Part shown: in pieces, positions 46,246 to 55,202 of the stretch
Position numbering within the stretch: the first letter of the stretch is position 1
How the letters are laid out: each line of letters starts with the position of its first letter
Virus record (IMG/VR): IMGVR_UViG_2823732373_000001
Span: 22,352 to 86,351 of that record
Strand: one strand, 5' to 3'
From: a virus
Taxonomy: Duplodnaviria; Caudoviricetes
DNA length: 64,000 nt
Notes under the pieces: generated by a model
The model's input: the letters and a program-made list of their open reading frames with translations, nothing else
Told to the model about the DNA's origin: nothing
Database searches by the model: none
Made by a program: the position numbers and the translations under genes

Positions 46246-46813
46246 CTACCCCGCATTCGTTCGGAAGCTGTTCAATCGCAGCGGCGACCCCGCCAAGGAT
46301 TTCGCCCACGCCATCCTTGGCATCGCCGCCGAGGCGCACGAATACCTCATCGCCGACGAACGCGTCAACGGCGTCGAAGAAATGGGCGACCTGGAGTTCT
46401 ACTTCGAGTCGACCCGGCAGGTGATCGAGGACCACCTCGGACGCGCGCTGCAGATGAGCGATATCGAGGCCGAAGTCGACAAGGACATGGCCATCTTCCT
46501 GATCTCGGCGCGCAAGCGCGACTTGCTGCAGGACACGCTCGTCGATCTACTCGACCAGGCCAAGCGCTGGGTGGGATACCAGCGCGAACCGGCCAACCTT
46601 GCCGCCACGCTGTCCCTGGCCCTCTACGCCCTTCGCGCGGCCCGCACGCTTGGCGTCCTGTGCGACGAGGAATACGACCGCTCTCACATCCTTTCCGTGA
46701 ACATGGCCAAGCTCCTCAAGCGCTACCCCGGTGGCGACTTCGATCAGTTCCGAGCCTTGCAGCGTGACCTGGGTGCCGAGCGTGCGACTCTGGAATCTGC
46801 CGTCCTGGGCTGA
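46214..46813 (+). CDS. MazG-like nucleotide pyrophosphohydrolase
   Basis: GIAAEAHE, EEMGDLEFY, NMAKLLKRYP. Confidence 0.8.
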   Translation: MSNQLQAQAPSYPAFVRKLFNRSGDPAKDFAHAILGIAAEAHEYLIADERVNGVEEMGDLEFYFESTRQVIEDHLGRALQMSDIEAEVDKDMAIFLISARKRDLLQDTLVDLLDQAKRWVGYQREPANLAATLSLALYALRAARTLGVLCDEEYDRSHILSVNMAKLLKRYPGGDFDQFRALQRDLGAERATLESAVLG

Positions 46814-47768
46814 CCCCAAGAAGGCACTTCAGACGCTGAACCGCGCCGCCTCTGAGGGCGGCGTGGGGTCAGCGGTAAAGGAGCGCGCGCGGGAACTGGA
46901 CGGCCAGCCGCTCAAACGCGTCCAGTTGCCCGGCTTTCACCTGTTCGACGGGGCCTGCCCAATCGCTCCCTACGCCTGGCTGCTGCCGCAACCCAAGGGC
47001 GACATCCAGGACCTGCTCAGCCTTTGGGAGAGCTACGCCAATCAGGACCTCGGGTCACGTGCGCTCAGGCAGTCCCCGCTTACGCCCATCCAATCGGACA
47101 CTTTCGTGCTGAATAGGCCGAGCTTCAAGCGCGTGTTTGGCGAGCAGCGCAGCGCCGCCGATTGGGCGCAGCCGGCGGCGCTGATGATTGCGCTGGCCCA
47201 GCACCTGGAAGGCCAGGAGAACCTCGAGGTTCAGTTCGCCGGCGGCGCCCGGTACGAGAGGCGCAAGCTCCTCAGCCTGCGCATTCACGTATCCGACTAC
47301 CTGATGGAGGTTACTCCGCGCGGCGTCTACTCGAACATGCAGCGGAAGCGCATTACGCCGCGCTACGCCGCGTCCGACGCGAAGATGGACGGTCTCTGCA
47401 TCAGGCCCTACCTCACTGACCACCCGCTGGCGGTGGCGCTGCTGGAGAACGAAGACACGCCGCACGCCTGCTTGCAAGCAGCGAACGTTGTCCTGCGTGC
47501 CATGCAGCTCGGGCTGCTCTCCAAAACGGATATCAAGCTGGCCTCTGATGCCGGTTGGCGCTCGAGCCGTGAAGCGTCGGTTGTGGAGGCGATCAACCTT
47601 CTCGACCGCGAACGGAATCTCCGCCTGGTGTACGACAAACTCGTACCGAAGGTGGTGTCCGCCGCCGATTTCCGCAGGGACTTCGGCAACCCGTTTAGGG
47701 GCACCGCGGCACCGCGACCGGAGACGGTCGATAGGTGGCGCGCTCACCTCTATTCACTCGTCCCATGA
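46731..47768 (+). CDS. Hypothetical protein (start uncertain)
   Basis: Long ORF filling the operon gap; stop overlaps the next ATG. Confidence 0.65.
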   Translation: MATSISSEPCSVTWVPSVRLWNLPSWADPKKALQTLNRAASEGGVGSAVKERARELDGQPLKRVQLPGFHLFDGACPIAPYAWLLPQPKGDIQDLLSLWESYANQDLGSRALRQSPLTPIQSDTFVLNRPSFKRVFGEQRSAADWAQPAALMIALAQHLEGQENLEVQFAGGARYERRKLLSLRIHVSDYLMEVTPRGVYSNMQRKRITPRYAASDAKMDGLCIRPYLTDHPLAVALLENEDTPHACLQAANVVLRAMQLGLLSKTDIKLASDAGWRSSREASVVEAINLLDRERNLRLVYDKLVPKVVSAADFRRDFGNPFRGTAAPRPETVDRWRAHLYSLVP

Positions 47769-48088
47769 AGAACAAGAAGAAGAAAAGTATGGACCAAACA
47801 CACATCGAGCGGGTCGAAGCGGCCAAGCTCAAACAGGCTGAGGTGGCCGACACAATCCGAGCGGTCAAGGGCCAAGATCACCTCGACAAGGCCGTGGCCC
47901 TGGCAAGCGTCGTGCTGCTCGGCCGCGCGCTGTCGTCGATCGGCTACGTCGACGCCGCGACGGCGCTTTCCGAGTCCGCGTTGAAGAACCTCTTCACCGC
48001 CTTCGGCATCTCCGACGAATCCCTCTCGCTTGAGCTTGGCAAGGACGCCGTGGCGCTCGCCGAAGTGAGCCATCTGCAGAGCCCCTGA
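47765..48088 (+). CDS. Hypothetical protein
   Basis: ATGA overlap upstream and TGATG overlap downstream. Confidence 0.6.
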   Translation: MKNKKKKSMDQTHIERVEAAKLKQAEVADTIRAVKGQDHLDKAVALASVVLLGRALSSIGYVDAATALSESALKNLFTAFGISDESLSLELGKDAVALAEVSHLQSP

Positions 48089-48342
48089 TGCAGACCCGGC
48101 GCGGTTCTCTCTTCGAAACTCTGTTTGGCACAGCCAGTGGTTTCGTCATCTCTCTCCTCGTTTGGGAATTTGTGGTCAAGCCGCTTTGGCAGCTGAACAC
48201 CTCCTTCGTCGAAAACCTGGGCATCACGATGCTCTTCACCGTCGTCAGCGTGGCGCGCAGCTACGTCGTTCGGCGCTTCTTCAACTGGCTCAACAACAAG
48301 AACAACAAAAGCCATGTCACAACTTCAAGGAATCACTGGTAG
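48088..48342 (+). CDS. Small 2-TM phage protein
   Basis: MQTRRGSLFE...FTVVSVARSYVVRRFFN. Confidence 0.75.
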   Translation: MQTRRGSLFETLFGTASGFVISLLVWEFVVKPLWQLNTSFVENLGITMLFTVVSVARSYVVRRFFNWLNNKNNKSHVTTSRNHW

Positions 48343-48916
48343 GGCCTACAGCGGCAAGGACACTTTTGGCGAGGCGTTCATCCGCGCGGGCTACCGCCGG
48401 ATCTCGTTCGCCGAGCCGCTGAAGGATGCTGTCGCAGTCATCGCGGGAGAGTCCCCCGCCCTCTACCACACGGCAGAGGGCAAGGAAGGGTACTCACCCG
48501 TGCTCAGGTGCACGCGGCGGCATGCGCTGCAACAGATCGGCAAGGGCGTGCGGGATGTCCTTGACCAGGACATCTGGGTGCGGCGTGCGCTCGACGAGTG
48601 GGATCGCATGGGCAGGCCCAACGCGGTCATCACCGACGTGCGCTATGACAACGAGGCCGACCTAATTCGCCAGTACGGCGGCACGGTCGTGAAGATCGAG
48701 CGCCCCAACCAAGAGAAAGGCCTTGAGGGCGCAGCGGCGCAGCATGAATCCGAGCGCGGCATCAGCGAGCACCTCGTCGACGTAGTCATCCTCAACGACG
48801 GCACGATCGGCGAGCTGCACGCAGAGGCCCGCAAGATCATCGCGGCGGCTCCCGCCACCGGCCGCACCCGCCTCGTGGGCAACCTCGGCGAAAACCCGTT
48901 TGGCGGGGTGCGCTGA
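48314..48916 (+). CDS. Deoxynucleoside monophosphate kinase
   Basis: GRAYSGKDT, SFAEPLK, LQQIG, ITDVRYDNE, HESE. Confidence 0.9.
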   Translation: MSQLQGITGRAYSGKDTFGEAFIRAGYRRISFAEPLKDAVAVIAGESPALYHTAEGKEGYSPVLRCTRRHALQQIGKGVRDVLDQDIWVRRALDEWDRMGRPNAVITDVRYDNEADLIRQYGGTVVKIERPNQEKGLEGAAAQHESERGISEHLVDVVILNDGTIGELHAEARKIIAAAPATGRTRLVGNLGENPFGGVR

Positions 48917-49161
48917 TGGCCAACGAGAACGACAACCTCGACCGGGCCGCCGACCTCACGCGCGCCCGGACCGAGAAGGCCATCGCTGAAGTGCGGCGCC
49001 TCGCAGCGCCCGAGCAAGTTCAGAACGCTGACGGCACCTGGCCGGTCACCGAGTGCATCAAGTGCGATGCGGACCTCGGCAAACGCGCGGATCTCGGAAA
49101 GATTCGGTGCGTGCGCTGCCAAGGTGAGATCGAGCGCAAGGAAGCGCAATGGCCAAGGTAA
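48916..49161 (+). CDS. TraR/DksA C4 zinc-finger protein
   Basis: N-terminal DRA (DxxDxA-like), CIKC and CVRC. Confidence 0.8.
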   Translation: MANENDNLDRAADLTRARTEKAIAEVRRLAAPEQVQNADGTWPVTECIKCDADLGKRADLGKIRCVRCQGEIERKEAQWPR

Positions 49162-49523
49162 ACCCCAACTCCAAGGCCTCGCGCCTGCGGAAGGCCAAGG
49201 CCCTCCTACAGGCGCTCCTGCGCGCGCCAAAGACGCAGGCAGGACTGATCGCAGCCTCGCAGACGAAGGGCGTTACGCGCAACTTCGTCTACGGATGGCT
49301 GGCCAATGCGCTGCGCACTGGCGAGGTCGTGAAGCACAAGAGCTCCGCCCCACCCACCTTCCAGCTCGCAGCCACTGCGGCGACAGAGAAACCCTCCGCC
49401 GGCATCTACCCGACATGGCTTGAGCCGCGGGGGCTGCCGGCGTTCACCGGCCGCACTGCCTTCATTGATGGAGCGCGCCGCGTCATTCCATCGAAAACCG
49501 CAAAGGAGACCGCATGCGTCTAG
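49149..49523 (+). CDS. Basic winged-helix-like hypothetical protein
   Basis: 124 aa basic ORF overlapping both neighbours. Confidence 0.55.
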   Translation: MAKVNPNSKASRLRKAKALLQALLRAPKTQAGLIAASQTKGVTRNFVYGWLANALRTGEVVKHKSSAPPTFQLAATAATEKPSAGIYPTWLEPRGLPAFTGRTAFIDGARRVIPSKTAKETACV

Positions 49524-52500
49524 TCATCGACGGGAATTCCTACCTCAACTCCTCCCTGCTCAAGGGCATCGACCACGAGAACGGCTTCAAGGTCCAGACC
49601 GAAGACGGGAAGCAGGTCCAGGTCAATCGCGCTGACTACGGCGTCGAGGGCTTCTTCGACAAAGTGGTCGCTGATATCGACCACTTCGGCATCGCGCCGC
49701 GCCAGATCATCCTGGTCTGGGACGGCCGCAACTCCAAGATGCGCCGCCGCGCGCTGCTGGCTCGTTACAAGGAAGGCCGAGACAAGATCGAAGAGGTCAA
49801 CATCGAGCTGAACAAGGCTCGCGACATCTGCACCCAGATGATGCTCGACCTCGGCGCCACCGTGATCGAGCAGAAGGGCATGGAGGCCGACGATGTCATC
49901 GGCTACCTCTGCAAGACGCTGCCCGGCCGCAAGGTCGTGGGCACCAACGACGGTGACCTCAGCGTGCTGGTCGACGAGCCGACAGACACCCATGTCTGGC
50001 GCCTGGGCGAGATGAACGGCCAGCCCTACGGCCCATTCCCGCACCGCTTCATCACTCTCTACAAGGCGCTCGTGGGCGATTCGGGCGACAAAATTCCGGG
50101 GGCGGCGAAGTTCGGCGACGGCAAATTCGTGGATCTGGTGCGCATCTTCGGCATGGACGGCCTCGAGCTCATGCAGGACTTGATCCTGACCGGAAAGCTG
50201 GCGCGGCTGCGAGAGGATGTGGCTGACTTCCCTGCCCTGCAACTGATCATCGACAGCGCCGACCAGGTCGCAATCTCATGGCGCTGCGCCGAGCTGCACG
50301 TCGAGGACGTGAACACGCTCAACAACCCATTGGAGATCCAAGCCGGCATGGTGAAGACCTGGGCGTCGCTGCCGGCCGAGCGCCGCGTTGTGATGCTGCG
50401 CCGCTTCTATGCGACCAACACCCTCGTGCACGCAAGCAACTATGAGGAGGTGAAATCCAAACTGGCGGCCCGCTTCGCGCAATCGCCCTTCGTTGCACTG
50501 GACATCGAGACCTCCTCGTCCGAGGAGTCCGATGAATGGACCGAGCGCACGATGAAGGCGCTGGAAGCCGACCGCGAGAGGATAGACACGCTGGGCCATG
50601 AGCTCACGGGCATGTCCCTGACCTTCGGCGACAACACCCAGTACACCATCTACATGACGGTGGACCACCGGGAGACGCTCGACCACAAGAACATCACCGA
50701 GGCCCAGTGCCGCGAGGTGGTCGAGATGATCCCCGAGTCCCTCTTCACCGTCATTCACAACCGCAGCTTCGAGTTCAACGTGCTGTATCGCCAGTGGGGA
50801 GCCGTATGGGCGGACAACGGCTGGGGCGGCTTCGTGCCGAATGCGATCGACACGGTGATCGGCGGCTCGTACGTCGACGAGAACCTTCCGAAGGGCTTGA
50901 AAGAGCGCAGCGCGCGCCACCTCGGCTACAAGCAGACCACTTACGAGGAAGTCACCACCCGCAAGGGCAAGGTGGGCACTCTCTCTGGCGGCGTGGTGAA
51001 GTCGATCTACCAGATCGAGGTCTCACCGGCCGTGACTGGCCCAAACCCGAAGTCGACCGAGGCGAAGCCGCTCAAGGACGTCATCCTGGAAAAGGCCGTC
51101 ACCGAAGACTGGGAGATCCGCCAGTACAAGATGAAGGAGCTGACCGGAGAGCACGTGCTGAGCTACGGCTGCGACGACACGATGTGCACCGCGGCGCTGC
51201 ACACCCACTTCCAGATGGTGATGGAGCTCGAAGGGACCTGGGGCGTCTACCTACAGGTCGAGCAGCGGCCCCAGTACTTGACCAGCTTGGCGAACATCCA
51301 GGGCGTCAAGATTTCGATGGCCAAGCTGAACGAGATGGAGCGCCGCGACGACCAGCGGTACAAGGAGGGCTGGGACACGCTGCTTGAGTTCCTTCTTGCT
51401 CGTGGCTGGGAAGGCACCGTGTGCCCCGAGTTCGAAGGCAGCCTCGAGCCATCCGACGTCAAGCTGGCAGCCGGCATCGTTCTCGGTGGCGACTACACGA
51501 CCAAGAAGCGCAAGCACAACGCAATGGCGCTGGACATGCGCGAACAGTTCCCCGACAACCACCTGGCCAGCGTGCTCGCCAACTTCGTCGAGGCGGATGA
51601 AATCGAGGGCGTGAACAAGCTGGTTCGCGAGCACTTCACCGGCGAGCCACAGATCAACTTCGGTTCGCCGAAGCAGATGCAGAACTTGTTCTACAGCGTG
51701 ATGGGCATGACGCCGCGCGTGTTCAACGCTCTGACCGAGAAGCAGCGAGAAATCCCCGAGATGGCAGCCGCCTTCCGCAAGCTGCGCTCGATCAAGGACG
51801 GCAAGATGAAGATGGCCGACCTCACGAAGGAAGAACGCACGTTGCTGGTGTCGAAGGCCTCGACCGACGACGACTTGGTCGAATTCTCATTGGCCAAGGA
51901 CACGTTGACGGACGAGGTGCGCAAAGCACTCAAGGCCTATCAGTCGGTGCGGTCCGTCATGACTCGTCGAAGCCTCTTCTACAAGACCTACAAGGCGATC
52001 CCGCACTGGCGCACTGGCCGAGTGCACAGCAACATGAACCAGTGCGAGGCGGTGACGCGTCGATATTCGAGCAGCGGACCGAACCTGCAGCAACTGCCCA
52101 AGCTGGGCGACGGCGCCGAGTTCCGCGGAATCATCCAGCCGCACAAGCCGACCGCGGTCATCGTGTCGTGCGACTTCTCCGGCCAGGAACTGCGCCTGAT
52201 GGCTCACCTGTCGAAAGACGTGAATCTGACAGCCTGCTACGTAGGCGACGACCTGAAGGATGTGCACAGCCTGACGGCGGCGGCCGTATCCGAATACCTC
52301 TGGGACAAGCGCCTGCCCTATCCCGAATTCATCAGCCGGATGGAGGGGGATGACAAGGAGGTCGCAGGAAAGGCCAAGGAGCTGCGCAAAGACTCGAAGA
52401 CCGTGAACTTCGGTACGAACTACGACATGCAGGCGCCAGCCCTTGCCATCAAGTTGAAGGTCGAAGACGAGGTGGCTCAGCAGTTCATCGACGCGAAAGA

Positions 52501-53008
52501 CGCGGCGATGCCGGGCATCAGCATCTGGAAGGATGCCGTACGCCAGGAGGTCGAGGCACAGGGATTCGCGACCACGCTGCTCGGCGCGCGGCGCCACATG
52601 CAAGAGGTGCTGCGAAGCGACAACCGCTGGGAGCGTGCCAAGGCTGGCCGACAGGGGCCGAACTTCAAGATCCAAGGATCTGGCGCTGAGCAATCCAAAC
52701 TATCCATGGGAGAGATGTGGGACCGCGATCTGTTCACTGGCAAGTACGACGCCCAGTTCATCGCGCCGATCCACGACGAGTGCGTGGCCAGCGTCGATGC
52801 GGCAGACCCTGACCACGCATTGGCGTTTATCAAGGAATTCCACGAGTGTATGGCGCAGCCCTATGGCGGCATGACCATCCCGGTCGTGTCGTCGATCTCC
52901 GTCGGGCCGGACTTCCACCAACAGATCGAGTGCGGCGACGCCTTCGACGAGGTAGCGATCCGCGCGGCGCTCGCCGAAATCTTCAACAAAGTGGAGGTGA
53001 CAGCTTGA
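49514..53008 (+). CDS. polA: Phage family A DNA polymerase with 5'-3' and 3'-5' exonuclease domains
   Basis: IDGNS/EADD/DGDL/GDSGDKIPG; LDIET/HNRSFE/YGCDD; DFSGQELR, KTVNFGTNY, IHDE. Confidence 0.95.
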   Translation: MRLVIDGNSYLNSSLLKGIDHENGFKVQTEDGKQVQVNRADYGVEGFFDKVVADIDHFGIAPRQIILVWDGRNSKMRRRALLARYKEGRDKIEEVNIELNKARDICTQMMLDLGATVIEQKGMEADDVIGYLCKTLPGRKVVGTNDGDLSVLVDEPTDTHVWRLGEMNGQPYGPFPHRFITLYKALVGDSGDKIPGAAKFGDGKFVDLVRIFGMDGLELMQDLILTGKLARLREDVADFPALQLIIDSADQVAISWRCAELHVEDVNTLNNPLEIQAGMVKTWASLPAERRVVMLRRFYATNTLVHASNYEEVKSKLAARFAQSPFVALDIETSSSEESDEWTERTMKALEADRERIDTLGHELTGMSLTFGDNTQYTIYMTVDHRETLDHKNITEAQCREVVEMIPESLFTVIHNRSFEFNVLYRQWGAVWADNGWGGFVPNAIDTVIGGSYVDENLPKGLKERSARHLGYKQTTYEEVTTRKGKVGTLSGGVVKSIYQIEVSPAVTGPNPKSTEAKPLKDVILEKAVTEDWEIRQYKMKELTGEHVLSYGCDDTMCTAALHTHFQMVMELEGTWGVYLQVEQRPQYLTSLANIQGVKISMAKLNEMERRDDQRYKEGWDTLLEFLLARGWEGTVCPEFEGSLEPSDVKLAAGIVLGGDYTTKKRKHNAMALDMREQFPDNHLASVLANFVEADEIEGVNKLVREHFTGEPQINFGSPKQMQNLFYSVMGMTPRVFNALTEKQREIPEMAAAFRKLRSIKDGKMKMADLTKEERTLLVSKASTDDDLVEFSLAKDTLTDEVRKALKAYQSVRSVMTRRSLFYKTYKAIPHWRTGRVHSNMNQCEAVTRRYSSSGPNLQQLPKLGDGAEFRGIIQPHKPTAVIVSCDFSGQELRLMAHLSKDVNLTACYVGDDLKDVHSLTAAAVSEYLWDKRLPYPEFISRMEGDDKEVAGKAKELRKDSKTVNFGTNYDMQAPALAIKLKVEDEVAQQFIDAKDAAMPGISIWKDAVRQEVEAQGFATTLLGARRHMQEVLRSDNRWERAKAGRQGPNFKIQGSGAEQSKLSMGEMWDRDLFTGKYDAQFIAPIHDECVASVDAADPDHALAFIKEFHECMAQPYGGMTIPVVSSISVGPDFHQQIECGDAFDEVAIRAALAEIFNKVEVTA

Positions 53009-53160
53009 GCATCAGGCGACCATACAGCGACGACGTCTGCCTTTGGCCGGACGGCACGTGGTGCTATTACGCGGAGCTTGAGCGCATGACGCACATGAGC
53101 GACGACTACGAACTCCTCGCGGTCGACACAGACCGCCACGAGGCGATCGTCAATGGCTGA
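53005..53160 (+). CDS. Small hypothetical protein
   Basis: TTGA overlap, GGAGG RBS; DDVCLWPDGTWC...MSDDY. Confidence 0.6.
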   Translation: MSIRRPYSDDVCLWPDGTWCYYAELERMTHMSDDYELLAVDTDRHEAIVNG

Positions 53161-53428
53161 CCGCAATGTGCCGACTGCACCTGTCAGCGTCTGCTTCGAT
53201 CCAGAGCTTCACCCCGCCCCGCGCGGCGTGACTCTCTGGGTTGTCGGACCGGGAGGCTCCGGCTACAAGGGGCACTGGTACGAGGGCGCAATCGCGTGGG
53301 CGTACCTTCCCCAACTTCCAGTGAGCGTGAAGGCGCGACTGGACGAGCTCACACAACAAAAACTACAAAACGAGCGCATACGTGACCAACAAAATCATCC
53401 CGAGCTTCCGGAAGAGCAAATTCGCTGA
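53153..53428 (+). CDS. Hypothetical protein
   Basis: Operon packing; AWAYLP. Confidence 0.6.
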   Translation: MADRNVPTAPVSVCFDPELHPAPRGVTLWVVGPGGSGYKGHWYEGAIAWAYLPQLPVSVKARLDELTQQKLQNERIRDQQNHPELPEEQIR

Positions 53429-53876
53429 TCGGGGCAAAGACGCCGAGAACGCGGCGCACAAGTACCTCTCACAGTGGGCCGGCGGCTCGGCCAACCGCGA
53501 GTTCAACCGCTTGGTCGACTCCAAGGCGGCGGGCCGCATTATCAAGGCCTCGAAGGCCGATTTCGAGTTCTTCTACTTTCCCACCAACAGCGTGGCCCCG
53601 TTCTTCGGACTGCTCGAGGTGAAGGAGACCGAGCACGAGTACCGACTCGCCCGCTCCAAGGTTTCGCAGATGCCGAGCTTGGTGAAGCGCGCGAAGTGCG
53701 GGGGGACCTGCCTGGTCCTCGTGCACCACAGAACCATCGGCAAATGGCGCTGCATCGACGCGCGCTGGATGCGCGACAACGGCGACAAGGGCAGCTGGAA
53801 CATCGAGGCGTTCCCCGCCTTCAACACGCCCGGCGAGGCGCTTTGCCACGCCAGCCCGGCGCTGTGGGCCCTGTGA
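53382..53876 (+). CDS. RecU-like PD-(D/E)xK Holliday junction resolvase
   Basis: RGKDAE, ADF, LLEVKET. Confidence 0.7.
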   Translation: MTNKIIPSFRKSKFADRGKDAENAAHKYLSQWAGGSANREFNRLVDSKAAGRIIKASKADFEFFYFPTNSVAPFFGLLEVKETEHEYRLARSKVSQMPSLVKRAKCGGTCLVLVHHRTIGKWRCIDARWMRDNGDKGSWNIEAFPAFNTPGEALCHASPALWAL

Positions 53877-54172
53877 GCAAGGAGCGCTACTGCCCCTACC
53901 ACCAGGGGTTCGTGGCGGACGTGGGGTTCAAGACGATCGTCGACGCCCGCTCCAACACGAAGCGCGGCATGTGCCCGATCTGTCAGGAAAAGCGCCGCAT
54001 GCCCCGCTCCGCCTTACAGGCGCTCGCCGATCGCGATCGAGCCGAACGCTCCGCCAAGTCTCAACGCATCGCCGCGGAAGCGCGCGAAAGGAAGCTAAAT
54101 GCGAACACTGATCATCTCGGACCTACATCTGGGCGTGAACCGCTCGGGCGGCACCACCCTAGCCTCCCTTAA
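53873..54172 (+). CDS. Small zinc-finger protein
   Basis: GTGA overlap; CPYH and CPIC. Confidence 0.55.
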   Translation: MSKERYCPYHQGFVADVGFKTIVDARSNTKRGMCPICQEKRRMPRSALQALADRDRAERSAKSQRIAAEARERKLNANTDHLGPTSGREPLGRHHPSLP

Positions 54173-55202
54173 CGCCCTGCGCGAATACGGTCACACGAAA
54201 CATTGTGACCTGCTGGGGCTGGCCAATGACGGCGATACCGTCATCGTCAATGGAGACCTCTCGGACGTCTACGACATCCCCCTCGGTCAGGCGATCGAGA
54301 TCTACGTCGTTGTCGGGGACTTCCTGCGCACGAAGAAGTCTTCGCGCGTGGTCTGGGCTGTGGGCAACCACGACTTGAGCAAGGACTCGAGCAAGCTGGG
54401 CACCGTGGCATTCCTCGGCGCGCTGCTTGAGGCCCAGTTCCCGGGCCGATTCCAGCTGCTCGACCGGGCCGGCTTGTTCGAGTCGGACACCTACATCATC
54501 CCGCACGTGGCGAATCAGGAAATGTTCGACATGGAACTGACGCGCATCCCGACCGGCGTCAAGTTCGTGCTGCTGCACTGCAACTACGACAACGAGTTCG
54601 CCGGCGCGATGGACCACTCGCTGAACCTGTCGCGCAAGCAGGCCAAGATGCTCAAGGAGCGCGGCATCACGATGGTTCTGGGCCACGAGCATCAGCAGCG
54701 CGACCTCATGGGTGGCGCGGTCGCCATTGTGGGCAACCAATTCCCCAGCTCGGTGAGCGACTGCTTGAGCAACGAGACGAAGCGCTGCGCGGTGATCGAG
54801 AACGGTGAGCTCTCGTTCATCCAGACCTGGTCGCGAGACGACAAGGTCGGGTACTTTAAGGAAGTCGACTGGCGCGACGTGGCCAGCTTCATCCACGAGC
54901 CGAGCGGCTTCATCCGCGTGGTCGGCAACGCCAAGGGCGAAGAGGCCGCCGAGATGATCAAGGCGATTTCGACGCTTCGCTCCAAGAGTGAAGCGTTTGT
55001 CATCACCAATGCCGTGCAGGTCGAGCAGGCGGAAGGTCTCGCTGAGATTGCCGCAAGCGTCGAGGACGTGCGCAGCGTCAACGTGATCGACCTGCTGCTT
55101 GAAATCCTCGATCCCGAGCAGGGGCGCGTCGTGCGCCAGCTCACCGGCCGCGAGGTCGAAACCCAGCCCATAGAAAGCGAAGAACTGGAAACCGCATGCT
55201 GA
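54099..55202 (+). CDS. Mre11/SbcD-like metallophosphoesterase nuclease
   Basis: SDLHLG, NGD, GNHD, LH, GHEH; adjacent to an SMC ATPase. Confidence 0.88.
   Translation: MRTLIISDLHLGVNRSGGTTLASLNALREYGHTKHCDLLGLANDGDTVIVNGDLSDVYDIPLGQAIEIYVVVGDFLRTKKSSRVVWAVGNHDLSKDSSKLGTVAFLGALLEAQFPGRFQLLDRAGLFESDTYIIPHVANQEMFDMELTRIPTGVKFVLLHCNYDNEFAGAMDHSLNLSRKQAKMLKERGITMVLGHEHQQRDLMGGAVAIVGNQFPSSVSDCLSNETKRCAVIENGELSFIQTWSRDDKVGYFKEVDWRDVASFIHEPSGFIRVVGNAKGEEAAEMIKAISTLRSKSEAFVITNAVQVEQAEGLAEIAASVEDVRSVNVIDLLLEILDPEQGRVVRQLTGREVETQPIESEELETAC

Noticed and set aside
45502-53008. Modified-base (2-aminoadenine or 7-deazaguanine) pathway suggested by MazG, dNMP kinase and PolA
   Set aside because: No PurZ, DpdA, Que or thymidylate-synthase-like gene recognised in the window
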